Below are positions 1 through 12,228 of a stretch of 64,000 nt of DNA, one piece after another. How positions within the stretch are numbered: position 1 is the stretch's first letter; every line of letters starts with the position of its first letter. Origin of the DNA: Octopus bimaculoides (lineage: Eukaryota). A program made the translations under genes and the position numbers. The notes beneath the pieces are model-generated. The model did no database searches. It worked only from the letters and a program-made list of their open reading frames with translations, and was not told the DNA's origin. Location of the stretch: NCBI RefSeq assembly GCF_001194135.2, contig NC_068986.1, positions 113,878,177-113,942,176 of the forward strand, in the 5' to 3' direction.

Positions 1-800
1 ATTTTCCAAGCTGACTCTCTATCACCACTCGTCTTTTGTCTAACCTTAATACCTCTCGAAATTGCTCAACGATGTACAATACGGTTATAAAATGTTTGAT
101 AAAAATATAAATCATCTCATTTACATGATTCATTTAAAGTTTTTTTCAAAAAAAATACCAACAACTACAGGGCTTACTAGCAATTGTTAAACAATTCAGT
201 GATGTCATCAGGATGCAATTTGGCATCGATAAATGTACAAAAGCTACCTTTTTCAAAGGAATAATGACAGAAATAGCCAGTGTTAATCTTGACCAGCAGA
301 ATACCATAAAGGAATTAGAACCAGCGGAGAGCTACAAATACCTAGGGGTATTTGAAGGGGACGGAATCAAACATTCCTTGAGGGGGGAAAGAATCAGAAG
401 AGAATGTTACCACAGGGTAAGAGCAATATTTAAGACAGAGCTGAATGCAAGAAACAGGATCGAAGCGATCAATACTTTAGGCATACCAGTTGTGACTTAC
501 GGTCTCAATATCATTAACTGGTCAATTGCTGAAATACGTAATATTGACAGAAAAATACGAAAATTTTTGACAATACATAGAATGCACCACCCTAAGGTAG
601 ATACAGAATGACTTTATCTGCCAAGAAAATATGGAGGACGTGGACTTTTAGAAATGGAATTAACAATGAAGATTGCCACAATTGGCCTAGACACCTACCT
701 GAAAAACTCTGATGATTAGATTTTAAAACTTGTCACAACGCATGAAAACAAGAAAGTATCATACAGAGTAACAAAACAGGCAAAGGACAACTTCGCTGTC
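1..800 (+). mobile_element. Degenerate non-LTR retrotransposon (R4/Dong-like, RT plus REL clade), RT and post-RT fragment
   Basis: Translation gives IFQADSLSPLVFCLTLIPL (GIFQGDSLSPLLF motif), INHLIYMIHLKFF (decayed YMDD), MQFGIDKC, SYKYLGV, AINTLGIPVVTY, HHPKVDTE*LYLPRKYGGRGL; stops and frameshifts present; runs off the window start. Confidence 0.9.
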
Positions 801-1299
801 ATTTTGAATGTCTGCAAAGACATGGATTCGTCACGGTTGTTTGGGTCTCATTTTCGTAAAAGACAAGTTAGTTGTTATTAAAGCGATGCTTCCTGAACAA
901 AAGATAACCCATCTTACATGGGTGATTGTTTCCTCGTTGAAAACTGATACGTGGCCATCTCACGTTGTTTCAGGAATTTGGGATCGTTTCGTAGACGTGT
1001 TTTCTTTGACATTTCTGACGGTGTTGTGGACTCTGTTTATTCCTCATCTTCATAAATAAATGGTTTAATATTGCTACGTGGAGGGGCTCCCATGTGACAT
1101 ATTTATTGCTATAGTTGCCATCATTGCAGTTGATTCTCATTGTATGTGCTGCTTAACGCTCGAAGAAGGAATTCTTTGATCTTAACTTCTGGCAATTAGA
1201 GGAAAGCCTCTCTCCCAGCAACCAGAACGATTTTAAATCGTTTGTTAATAAACATCGTCATCATCATCATCATCAGCAGCAGCAGCAGGGGATTATCAG

Positions 1300-1627
1300 A
1301 ATCATGAGGGCATCTTTCCGAGTTCAAATCTCGACAATGTCAAATTTGCTTTCCATTTTTCCGAGTTCGGTAAAACAATATAACCGACAGAACACCTTTT
1401 CCCAAATTTGTGGAATTGTGTTTATACATATGTACATTCATGCATATGTACATATGTAGTTGATTAGTATTTACTACCAGACAAAAAAAGGTGTTAGTTA
1501 CCATAATAGTGATTAATGCTGTTTTGGGGTCGATAAAATAAGTTCTAGTTGAGCACTGGAGTCGATATAATCGACACAGCCTCCTCGCCGACGAAATTAC
1601 TGGCCGTTTGCCAGAATTTGAAGCCAA
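1300..1627 (+). mobile_element. Old interrupted tRNA-derived SINE (family A)
   Basis: B-box-like GAGTTCAAATC at about 1320; central GGGGTCGATAAAATAAG..AGTTGAGCACTGGAGTCGATATAATCGAC shared with other family A copies in the window. Confidence 0.6.
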
Positions 1628-2329
1628 TATTGTATTTTAGTTGTAATGTATTTGAAAACTATGAACAGCCACAGGCTCAACTAGAACCAGTGCTCAACTA
1701 GAACTTATTAAGAGACTGAGTCGACGCAAGCAAGATGTATATATAAATATTATTTTGGTCGAGACGGACAAAGAGACCAACAGAAAGACAGGCAGAGATA
1801 GATGAGAGAGAGACACAGAGAAAATAAATAAGTCCAAATTAATACCAAACTTTCTCCATCAATCCTATACAATGTGAAGCTGCTTGGTCTACACCACTCA
1901 CATAATGCATAAAAAATTTACCATTACTATAAGAGTACGTAGAACGTCGACGTACATAAATGATATACAAAGACGAGAAGAATGCACAATACACATACGA
2001 ACAGATCGATATAATACAAACTCTCACACACACATACAGACAAAAGTAATGCGTGAAGATAAATATGCACAAACATGTATACACCTGAGGCATATTGATC
2101 TCAGGTGTATACAAAACTGTTCGTACTTCTTAATTGTGGAAGACATCTACCTCCAAGGAAAACAATGCTTAATATTAGAAATATATTTGCCAAAACATGA
2201 ACACACGGAACATTTCTTTCTAAGAGAAAACAGTAATATAAAAGATAGGAGACTAAGAAATAGATTTTAAATAACACTGAGACACATGTGCACGTAACTA
2301 TATGTGGTCGGTAGAAGTGTATGCAGGCG

Positions 2330-2368
2330 TTTCGATATCTATATATATATACATATATATATACATAC

Positions 2369-2414
<46 letters not shown>

Positions 2415-2454
2415 ATATTTGTATACATATATATCTATCTCTATATACATATAT

Positions 2455-2485
<31 letters not shown>

Positions 2486-2522
2486 CATATATATATACAT
2501 ATACATATACATATATATATAC

Positions 2523-2617
<95 letters not shown>

Positions 2618-2905
2618 CACATATATATATAGTTTTACTAAAGAATTGAAAACAAATTCCAGGAGTATCTGACTTAGTAAAAGGAAATCTCAATAGAATA
2701 AATTAATTCAAGAGATAATATATATATACATGTGTGTTTGTGTGTGTGTGTGTGTGTGTGTAAATATATATATATATATACATACATATGTATACGTATA
2801 TATACATACATATATCCATATGTATATACATATACACACGCAGAGACAAACACACACACACACGTAGACACATACACAATTATATGTATGTATGTATGTA
2901 TGTAT
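2330..2905. repeat. Compound (AT)n/(ATAC)n/(GT)n microsatellite block
   Basis: Direct reading; source of the IYIY/YIYI ORFs. Confidence 0.97.
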
Positions 2906-3219
2906 TTAGCCTTAACACGATTCCTCTTTCATTATTTTTCTGATGGCGTATCAACTTCCAGCAGAAAGTTTTGTTGAATTCTCGTCAGAGAATTTGTTTC
3001 CATGAATGATAAAATCGCTTTGTTAAAATTCACCATCACCTCATCAGGAGTTATGATAGAAAGATCAATAAGATAGTTTAATTCAAACTTTATATGGACG
3101 GCTAGAAGGCAGACATTTATATACAGAAAACAGCTGAAGTATCTGAATGATGTATCTAACCACTCTAATTGTAAGTCATGAGAATAGAAATTGAAATACA
3201 ATAACTGAATCCCTAAATG

Positions 3220-3810
3220 TATGTCACTTTTTGCTCGCCCCGCACAACGCTACTGCTGCTAATCGCTTACTTCCAACTTTACTTACTACTACTCGGTGCT
3301 AGAGAGAGAGTCCGAGTTACTCAACGCTCTACAAAGAGAATCCGAGTTACTCGCGCCGTTTGCCCACGCTTCGTCCAAAGTTTCTTCACTTTGGGCAGAG
3401 ATGGCATCACGTTCGGGCGCCGACTGGCACTCGTGCTCATGTATGATACTGCTGACGACGGTCTTTCGATCGCACCGCGTCTTCGGTACGCAGTTACCCG
3501 ACAGGACTTCCCGTTTGTCAAAGAAAATCTTACCTCGACGCAATAAAGCAATCACACGACCCAGGCGTCCGCCTCTATCCGTGTCTCCTCGTTACCCCTC
3601 GGCTGCGCTGCCCACTCGCCTCTTCAAGCAAAGGCGGACCGACTCACCGCGGCAGCGGCTTTCTTGTCGCTTGACTGTTTCTCCTCTCCTGTTCATTATT
3701 CGTCGTTCGTCGCTCCTTTTCGCCGCGCACCCACTGCGCGGCCAATGCCGATCATTTTCGAACCACTTCCACCCGTCTTTCCGTCCGTCTGTCCATCCGT
3801 CCGTCCGTCC
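3220..3810 (-). promoter_or_regulatory. CpG-rich promoter / non-coding first exon candidate (minus-strand orientation favoured)
   Basis: Only extended GC/CpG-rich unique stretch in an AT-rich window; CCAAT at about 3742; minus-strand consensus donors CGCG|GTGAGT (about 3648) and CGAG|GTAAGA (about 3535). Confidence 0.45.
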
Positions 3811-4079
3811 CTCTCTCTCTCTCTCTCTCTCTCTGGATCAGTGGGCAAAATATCTTTGTATTTACTCCAGCTATTCATACTCTGACATTAAATCTGGCCT
3901 ATAACAACTCACATTTAAACGTTTCGGTGTTCATAGACAAACTAGCACAAGAGTAATGGGGGTTGATTTAATCAATTAAAACGCTAAGTGGTGAAAGATT
4001 ATTGCATTATTGCATCCGACAGAATTATATATCGGAATTGAAAATTCGCACTCAGAGTAATAGCATCAATATCTCAGGA

Positions 4080-4580
4080 GATATGTGTATATTTATAGAC
4101 ATACACACACACACACACACACACGGACACACACACAAAAACACAAGCGCATATACACATACACACGCATATGTATTTGTGGTTATGGCAGTGGGGTATT
4201 CTTATCTGTGCAATATGAAGAAACATATAAGTGAATATAAATATGTGTGTATGTACGTGTGCGTGCGTGCGCGTGCGCCTGTGTATGTGTATGTATATAT
4301 ATATGTGTATGAATATATACAGTATATATATATAAATATAAATCGATATGTACATAAATAGGTATATTTATATATGTATATATATATGGAGAGAGAGAGA
4401 GACAGACAGACAGATATATTATATACATACATATGTATATATATATATATCTTTATATACATAGATATATATATCTTTATATGCATATATATACACACGC
4501 ACCCACACACACACATATATATATATTATATACATACACACACACATGCACGCACGCACACATGCACACACACACGCATA
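4080..4580. repeat. Compound (CA)n/(TA)n/(GA)n microsatellite block
   Basis: Direct reading. Confidence 0.95.
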
Positions 4581-5114
4581 AATAAATAGTTAGACACAGA
4601 CAGGTACATATTCCTAATAGCCAATAGTACGTATTTTAAATTTATTGCATTATGTCCGTGTTAGATTTATTGCTAAGTAATATCTCATAAAGTTTTCATC
4701 GCACTACTGTGAGATTTTCAATGGTTTTAAATTCATCAAATGATGTTTTTTTTTGTTTCTCTCTGTTATCATTTGAAACATTGTCCACAAAGTATGAAGT
4801 ACATCAGTGTGGTGACATATAACGGTTTTGTTTTCATGGTTACTGATTTTGATTTTAAATTTCATTTGCTTGTTTTGTTGTTGACAAACTCATGTTTGTA
4901 AATTTTGTAGATTGTGCGAGTAAATATTCTTTTTTCTTGGGTGCAATTGTGGTCGTGGTGGCGTTGGTGATGGAAGTCGTAATTCTAGTTGTTCAAAATG
5001 AAGTCAGAATTCGTTTCCATTTTGGGTTCTGCCTCTGTGAATTGTTACATTTTTTTACATTATTGATCTAGTATCTTACTTTACGGCAGTTGTTGGAGTA
5101 TGTATGTAACTACT

Positions 5115-5255
5115 CTAATTGAATTCACGGCAATGTTCACCGATTACTTTAACTACGCTGTGGGCCGTTTCTCCAGTATAGTTTACGTTCGTGTGCTTAC
5201 ACTGACCTTCAAGACAGCACTTGTGACACGCTTCATACATGGTTTCACAGTATTT
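5115..5255 (-). mobile_element. Possible Penelope-like GIY-YIG endonuclease relic
   Basis: Minus frame KYCETMYEACHKCCLEGQCKHTNVNYTGETAHSVVKVIGEHCREFN resembles the PLE pattern Y..C..C..Y.GET......EH; bounded by stops. Confidence 0.4.
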
Positions 5256-7754
5256 TCAAAGCTTTAGCTGTTCGCAATCGGTAATTGTTTTCAGCATGTG
5301 TATTTCGTTAATAAATATGACTTACATGGCCGGGACTGGGCGTATTGCCTCGCTTTTTTCTATCACAATGATATTAAATTTCGTTTAATGCATTCATATA
5401 TTTGCGATCGACACATTCCGGGAGTTACATCGCTAAGTATTACAGTTTAGAAACTCCCGTTGACATATCACGTGTCTTTCTTATCAGGATACTCTGATGC
5501 ATGGGAATTGATCTTTTGTATCGATACCAATTGTGAATCGTTTCCTAGCTCCTCTATACATTCCGCCTGGATATTGTTAATCGAATTCAAATAAGTTTAG
5601 GTGAAGGCGAAAATCATGAACGTGATTTTAAGTTCACAGTATTGGCAGATTGCAATCCAGAAAGTTAGGTGAGTAAAAACCAGTTTAATTCAGGGGTTGA
5701 AATTTGAATTAGGTAAAATATGCGAGCGAAGGTTAGAAATTACATTCTCAAGAGAGACAAATGTCGCCAACACACACGAGATCGACATGGTGGAAAGAAG
5801 TTAGAGTGATTAAGAGACGGTCGGGCATCCCATGCATACACACACACACACACTTCATTTACTCTCACACCGTGTTTTGTACGCAACCACACAGCTACAT
5901 ACAAGCATACCTACACACAGGCATAAGACTAGTTCTCAGAAAGAGTCAAGAGCAGGAACATTTCATTGGTGAGGTCGACGAAAGGACTTGAACAAACAAC
6001 CGATTGAGTGTTTAACTAACGCATTAAACAAACAATCGATTGGTTACTTGAATATTTTACCGGCTGACTAAAGAAGTGATATTGAACCAGTGCGTGTTTT
6101 CTATAATTATTGGCCCGATGACCTCCCCATTACATATACATAAATATACATATATACACATAAACAGATACATGCATATATATATATATATATANNNNNN
6201 NNNNNNNNNNNNNNNNNNNNNNNNNNNNNNNNNNNNNNNNNNNNNNNNNNNNNNNNNNNNNNNNNNNNNNNNNNNNNNNNNNNNNNNNNNNNNNNNNNNN
6301 NNNNNNNNNNNNNNNNNNNNNNNNNNNNNNNNNNNNNNNNNNNNNNNNNNNNNNNNNNNNNNNNNNNNNNNNNNNNNNNNNNNNNNNNNNNNNNNNNNNN
6401 NNNNNNNNNNNNNNNNNNNNNNNNNNNNNNNNNNNNNNNNNNNNNNNNNNNNNNNNNNNNNNNNNNNNNNNNNNNNNNNNNNNNNNNNNNNNNNNNNNNN
6501 NNNNNNNNNNNNNNNNNNNNNNNNNNNNNNNNNNNNNNNNNATATATATATATATATATATAAACAAGTGTACATAATATATGACCACATCTATACTTAG
6601 GGTCACTACAGGGGAGCATATATACATAATTTATCGACACTGAATAAAAAGTACAACGTTAAAAAAGATATTGACTAATATTAAATAACACGACTGAGAA
6701 AAAACAAGCAAACATCTCTCCGAAAATAACTCAGAGAAAAACTAATGAAATACAACGGAAATATAAGATAATATAATATAAAAATAAAAGTGTTTATTGA
6801 AAACACAAGCGTAAACGAGAAATGAAGGGAGAGCATGACAGGGTCCCTGCAGGCTTGAATATCGTAACGTGTGACAAAGCTAAGAACAGTAGCTAAAATT
6901 AACATACATACTGCTCTGATATCTCATTTTGCTCTCTATCTATAAACTATATTGTGTTTTATCAGTTGTGTCGTACAGGAATGAACGAGGAAATTTCTAT
7001 GTTACGGCGTGCAAACATAACTAGCAAACATCTATGTGATATGTGATAAGGTAGAACAGTTGGTTTATATAAGCGATACTTTTATAGAGCCCTTTAGTCC
7101 GAAGGCGATAAAAAGTGCTCTGTCGTGTAATTGAGAACTGTATCAATAAGGTTTGCATGTTTTAGAAGGCTGGAGTAAATATCGTACTCTAATTATATCG
7201 AAATATTAAGGTTAATTTATGATGCATACATAGTCCGTCTTCTGCTTTCTCTCTCTCTCTCTCTCTCTCTCTCCTCCCCTCTCTCTCTAGTTCTCATGCA
7301 TACATACATACATACATACTCGGAATTTCCCTCATTTCCAGCCAGTATTTATTAAGATGATGCCTGAAAGACTAAATGTAACCCGTGAGTTAGACTGAAC
7401 CAGAAACAGGTTGATGATAAATATCAGCTTCACTAAATATAATGCGTAATCACTATTTCCAATATAATCTAAAACACACACACATGTATATATGCTTATA
7501 AGTGTGTGTTAATTAGGATTTGATAATGCTCAGTGCATTAATTTGATAGCAAGAAATGTACTATATTCTAAGAGTGAAATGATTTGACAGCAACTCGAAT
7601 TTCATGGATAAAGGAAAATAGCTGAGTTGATTTGCGTGACTTCGGAACACCATAAAAGGACTTTCCAAATTGAATCAGAAAAGTTTTCTGATTCATACAA
7701 GCTCCAATATCTTATAAGACACTTAAAATCTATATCAATTTAAGCTAATAATTA

Positions 7755-8023
7755 ACTGAAGACGACCCATCAAGCCGAGTAAAATCGCAGTCATGGCAGA
7801 TACTGGTGTCACACAAATTTGTACCTAAGCTTGTGGCGCATAAAAGCACCTCGGTGTCACGCATATGGCGCTTTGCCAGTGGCATGTAAAAGCACCCATT
7901 ACACTCTCGGAGCTGTTGCCGTAGCAAACCATACTCGAGTCCGGTGGAGTCTTCCAGCGTGCCGTCCCGGTCAAAACGTCTGACACATGCCAGAATGACT
8001 AACGCATGTTAAATGATGATGAT
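7755..8023 (+). mobile_element. 3' part of a SINE/retroposon with (GAT)n tail (family D)
   Basis: GGCATGTAAAAGCACCCATTACACTCTCGGAG...CCGGTCAAAACGTC...ATGTTAAATGATGATGAT; ends in a short tandem tail as RTE-mobilised elements do; family identity is from recall. Confidence 0.55.
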
Positions 8024-8718
8024 TAACGGTGATCGAAGTTAACTTTTCGATTAACTTCTTGTCTTTCATGTCTATTGTTGTTGTTGTTTGAGTACAGCCA
8101 TTGTTGTAGTGTAGTCTAATCATTAGAACATGTCAGGTAACTCTGCAGAATTCATTTGAGCTGTATGCACCCTGTGTTCAAAAACGTCCAAGGTCAGCTT
8201 TGCCCTTCATTCTCTTAGGGTTTAATAGATAAAGTACCAGTCGTCTACTGGCATCGATTCTTCTCTTTGTTTCTGTCTGCCTGTCTGTCTATCTCTTTCA
8301 GGAAGAAAATTATTATGGAGGGGCTCTGTAAGACATAAAAATGCCCCAGGCACACCACGTGTCATGACAGTGTCTCGCCATCGGTAGTTTTCATTTCAGT
8401 TCATTTATAATTATATGCTTAAATATGTAATTATATATGCATGCATATTTCTATGAATATGTAAAAATAATATAAACATGTGTATACGAGCATGTGAATG
8501 CAGGTGTATATAAATGCACACACACACACGGAGGCATAAACACAGGCATGCACATATATATATATATAACAGTTCAGTCTCCCTCAGTAACCCTGACGCT
8601 ACAGGTGGGTTTCCACTGCTTACCGTAAAGGGCATTTGATATTATCATTGCTTCATACATACATGCAAATGTACATAAATATATGAACACATTCATATAT
8701 ACATATGTGAGTGCGCGC

Positions 8719-8774
<56 letters not shown>

Positions 8775-9768
8775 CGCGTGTGTGTGCGTCTTCAGGTCAT
8801 CTCTACAGATTTTCTATAGATTTTACAGCCAGCACTGAATTCGTTACGACATTTCGTACCCGGGACACATGACGTAAACAACAATGAGAGTGAAGGTGAG
8901 AAATGGTTAATAGGCGTATATACCATATTTTGGGAGTTTCGCTCCTTCACCAGCTCCCATCTNNNNNNNNNNNNNNNNNNNNNNNNNNNNNNNNNNNNNN
9001 NNNNNNNNNNNNNNNNNNNNNNNNNNNNNNNNNNNNNNNNNNNNNNNNNNNNNNNNNNNNNNNNNNNNNNNNNNNNNNNNNNNNNNNNNNNNNNNNNNNN
9101 NNNNNNNNNNNNNNNNNNNNNNNNNNNNNNNNNNNNNNNNNNNNNNNNNNNNNNNNNNNNNNNNNNNNNNNNNNNNNNNNNNNNNNNNNNNNNNNNNNNN
9201 NNNNNNNNNNNNNNNNNNNNNNNNNNNNNNNNNNNNNNNNNNNNNNNNNNNNNNNNNNNNNNNNNNNNNNNNNNNNNNNNNNNNNNNNNNNNNNNNNNNN
9301 NNNNNNNNNNNNNNNNNNNNNNNNNNNNNNNNNNNNNNNNNNNNNNNNNNNNNNNNNNNNNNNNNNNNNNNNNNNNNNNNNNNNNNNNNNNNNNNNNNNN
9401 NNNNNNNNNNNNNNNNNNNNNNNNNNNNNNNNNNNNNNNNNNNNNNNNNNNNNNNNNNNNNNNNNNNNNNNNNNNNNNNNNNNNNNNNNNNNNNNNNNNN
9501 NNNNNNNNNNNNNNNNNNNNNNNNNNNNNNNNNNNNNNNNNNNNNNNNNNNNNNNNNNNNNNNNNNNNNNNNNNNNNNNNNNNNNNNNNNNNNNNNNNNN
9601 NNNNNNNNNNNNNNNNNNNNNNNNNNNNNNNNNNNNNNNNNNNATATATATATATATATATATATACATACATACATGCATACATACATACATACATAAA
9701 AACATACATACCTATATTAATACATGCATACATATATACACACATACATACATACATAGATGTATGTG

Positions 9769-10200
9769 TTTACAAGTTCAGATTTCTCCCGGTAATTATT
9801 GGGGCCTTGGGATATATAACATACTGCTTAAATAGCAATCTTGAGAAATTAGGTTTCTCAAAACCAGAAAGAAGAAAACTAATTCGAGCACTACAGATCG
9901 AACCTATAACTGGAACTGTAAAAATCTGTAAAACTTTCCAAAAGTTTATCATTTAAATATGTATGAAGATGTCTACATATGCAACCATATGCATGAGAAT
10001 AATACATATAACATACAAATCTGCTCATACATACATACGTACATACATACATATAAATTACATAAATACATACATTCAAATATACACGCAAAAATACCCT
10101 GTTGTTGACGTTGAAATTCCAATGAAAGAGCCTTCGATCTAATTTTAAAAAACGGTTCTTTCTCTATTGGCAGGAAATTTTGAAATAAACTGAAAAATGA
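9769..10200 (+). mobile_element. 5'-truncated REL-LINE 3' end (R4-like lineage 2) plus 3' UTR
   Basis: YKFRFLPVIIGALGYITYCLNSNLEKLGFSKPERRKLIRALQIEPITGTVKICKTFQKFII*; same lineage as 36335-36975; 3' terminal module GAGCCTTCGATCT...AAACGGTTC...TGGCAGGAAATTTT. Confidence 0.85.
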
Positions 10201-10335
10201 CCTACATACATACATACATACAGACATACATACATAATTGTTTTTTTGCAAGGTCAGATTTCGAAACAGATAAAGTTATATCTCGTGGAAGCCAGCCTGA
10301 GGGAGCCGACCCCCATTTACTGTAAGCAAAAATGG

Positions 10336-10536
10336 TGTTCTTCCAGTGAACCAAACCTAATCCTTAGAATTCCATTTTGGAGACTTTATTCTTACAAGGA
10401 AATGGAATTTCGAGTCCCACGACAACATTCAACATTTTCTTGCCAAAGGGATTTTCATCTCAATATTTACTCGTTATTATTCATAGTTTTATCTGTTATG
10501 ACATCCAATATCCCCAAAAAGATAAATATGTCATGT

Positions 10537-10597
<61 letters not shown>

Positions 10598-10893
10598 NNN
10601 NNNNNNNNNNNNNNNNNNNNNNNNNNNNNNNNNNNNNNNNNNNNNNNNNNNNNNNNNNNNNNNNNNNNNNNNNNNNNTGTTCTTCCAGTGAACCAAACCT
10701 AATCCTTAGAATTCCATTTTGGAGACTTTATTCTTACAAGGAAATGGAATTTCGAGTCCCACGACAACATTCAACATTTTCTTGCCAAAGGGATTTTCAT
10801 CTCAATATTTACTCGTTATTATTCATAGTTTTATCTGTTATGACATCCAATATCCCCAAAAAGATAAATATGTCATGTTATATATATATATGT
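10336..10893. repeat. Identical approx. 215-bp direct duplicate on either side of an 80-N gap (10336-10551 and 10678-10893)
   Basis: The two copies read identically (offset 342); probable unmerged contig overlap. Confidence 0.85.
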
Positions 10894-11651
10894 ATATATA
10901 AATGACTAGTGTAAGATGTGGGTTCAGAGAATCGTGCAGCTATCTCAGAAAGCTCCCCTTACCGATTCGGCTATCAGTCCACATAGTAATAAGTTACAAA
11001 TCAGTGTTAAGTATCTATGTGGTTGAAAATCCAGGCAATCAGATCGATCAAGATGTCTAATGAGCAGTATATAACGCCATAAAATATGCCTGACCACGTG
11101 ATGTCCATAGAACTACGGCCGCTTCATGTAATATTAATGTCAGTCCGGAAGAAGGAAGAAATTATGTGTACAGGTTTGCATTGATATCTATGCAGAGTAA
11201 AGAAAGCTAGCTCATCAGATCACAGAATCCTCATGGTAACACCAACAATTAATATAAATATACAAAATTCCTTCTTTAAACATACAATGTATGGAAATCA
11301 GAAGCTAGACAAAATATAATTGATGTGGTCAGTAAATGTTTAAATCATCAGTTGTCTTGTTCCCTGATATGTGATTAAATCAATTTTACATCTATATAAT
11401 TACTTTCGATCAAAATACATTAATATATTTTTTGCTGAAATTTTTGTATTGACTTCTGTTTGTTATTATTTGTTACTTTATTTTTACTTATTTCTTCTTG
11501 CAGTTTGGAATGGGGAATCCTTCATTTCTATCTTGCACTTTAACTTAATTTTGTGAAATAATGTAATATATCTGTACTTTTACTGACTATTTCGATCTTC
11601 CATAAATTGTATATACACAGAGATTTTGCTTGTATATTTAGTGTTGAGTTT

Positions 11652-11868
11652 AAGGCGACGAGCTGGCAGAAACGTTAGCAAGCCGGGGGGAAATGCTTAG
11701 CGGTATTTCGTCTGCCGCTACGTTCTGAGTTCAAATTCCACCGAGGTCGACTTTGCCTTTCATCCTTTCGGGGTCGATAAATTAAGTGCCAGTTGCGTAC
11801 TAGAGTCGATCTAATCGACTGGCCCCTTCCTCCAAAATTTCGTGCCTTCTGCCAAGAGTAGAAAAAAA
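11652..11868 (+). mobile_element. Full-length tRNA-derived SINE, family A, tail type 1
   Basis: A-box-like TGGCAGAAACG, B-box GAGTTCAAATTCC, central GTCGACTTTGCCTTTCATCCTTTCGGGGTCGATAAATTAAGT (resembles the MetaSINE-type central domain, from recall), tail GGCCCC..AAAATTTCG.GCCTT..GAGTAGAAAA. Confidence 0.9.
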
Positions 11869-12109
11869 TATATTCGCTTTATTTTTAAGATGTGCTCGTT
11901 ACATTTGGGGTATTATTTGTGTGTGCGTATGTGTATGTGAGTAAACACATGCATAAATATATATCACCACTGCCTGCCGAGCGGGAACGTGCAACTCTGA
12001 ATAGCAGTTCTGTATGATGCGTTTGCAGCTTCAATACGGAAGTTACTCTACCTTCGGTAGTCGAGTACTATTTCATTTCACTTCGTTTGGCATTTATGTG
12101 CGTACTCTC

Positions 12110-12119
12110 TCTCTCTCTC

Positions 12120-12179
<60 letters not shown>

Positions 12180-12193
12180 GCGCGCGCGCACAT

Positions 12194-12228
<35 letters not shown>

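Noticed and set aside
3296-3904. 202-aa plus-strand ORF with a good Kozak ATG (MASRSGADW..)
   Set aside because: No recognisable domain; length is explained by high GC content and it runs into the (CT)n repeat.
3905-3935. CCGAAACGTT on the minus strand as a hammerhead
   Set aside because: No CUGAnGA core or helix II upstream.
10915-11190. Possible LINE 5' end with an HDV-like ribozyme
   Set aside because: Could not build P1/P2 pairing by eye; no second copy in the window to support a repeat call.
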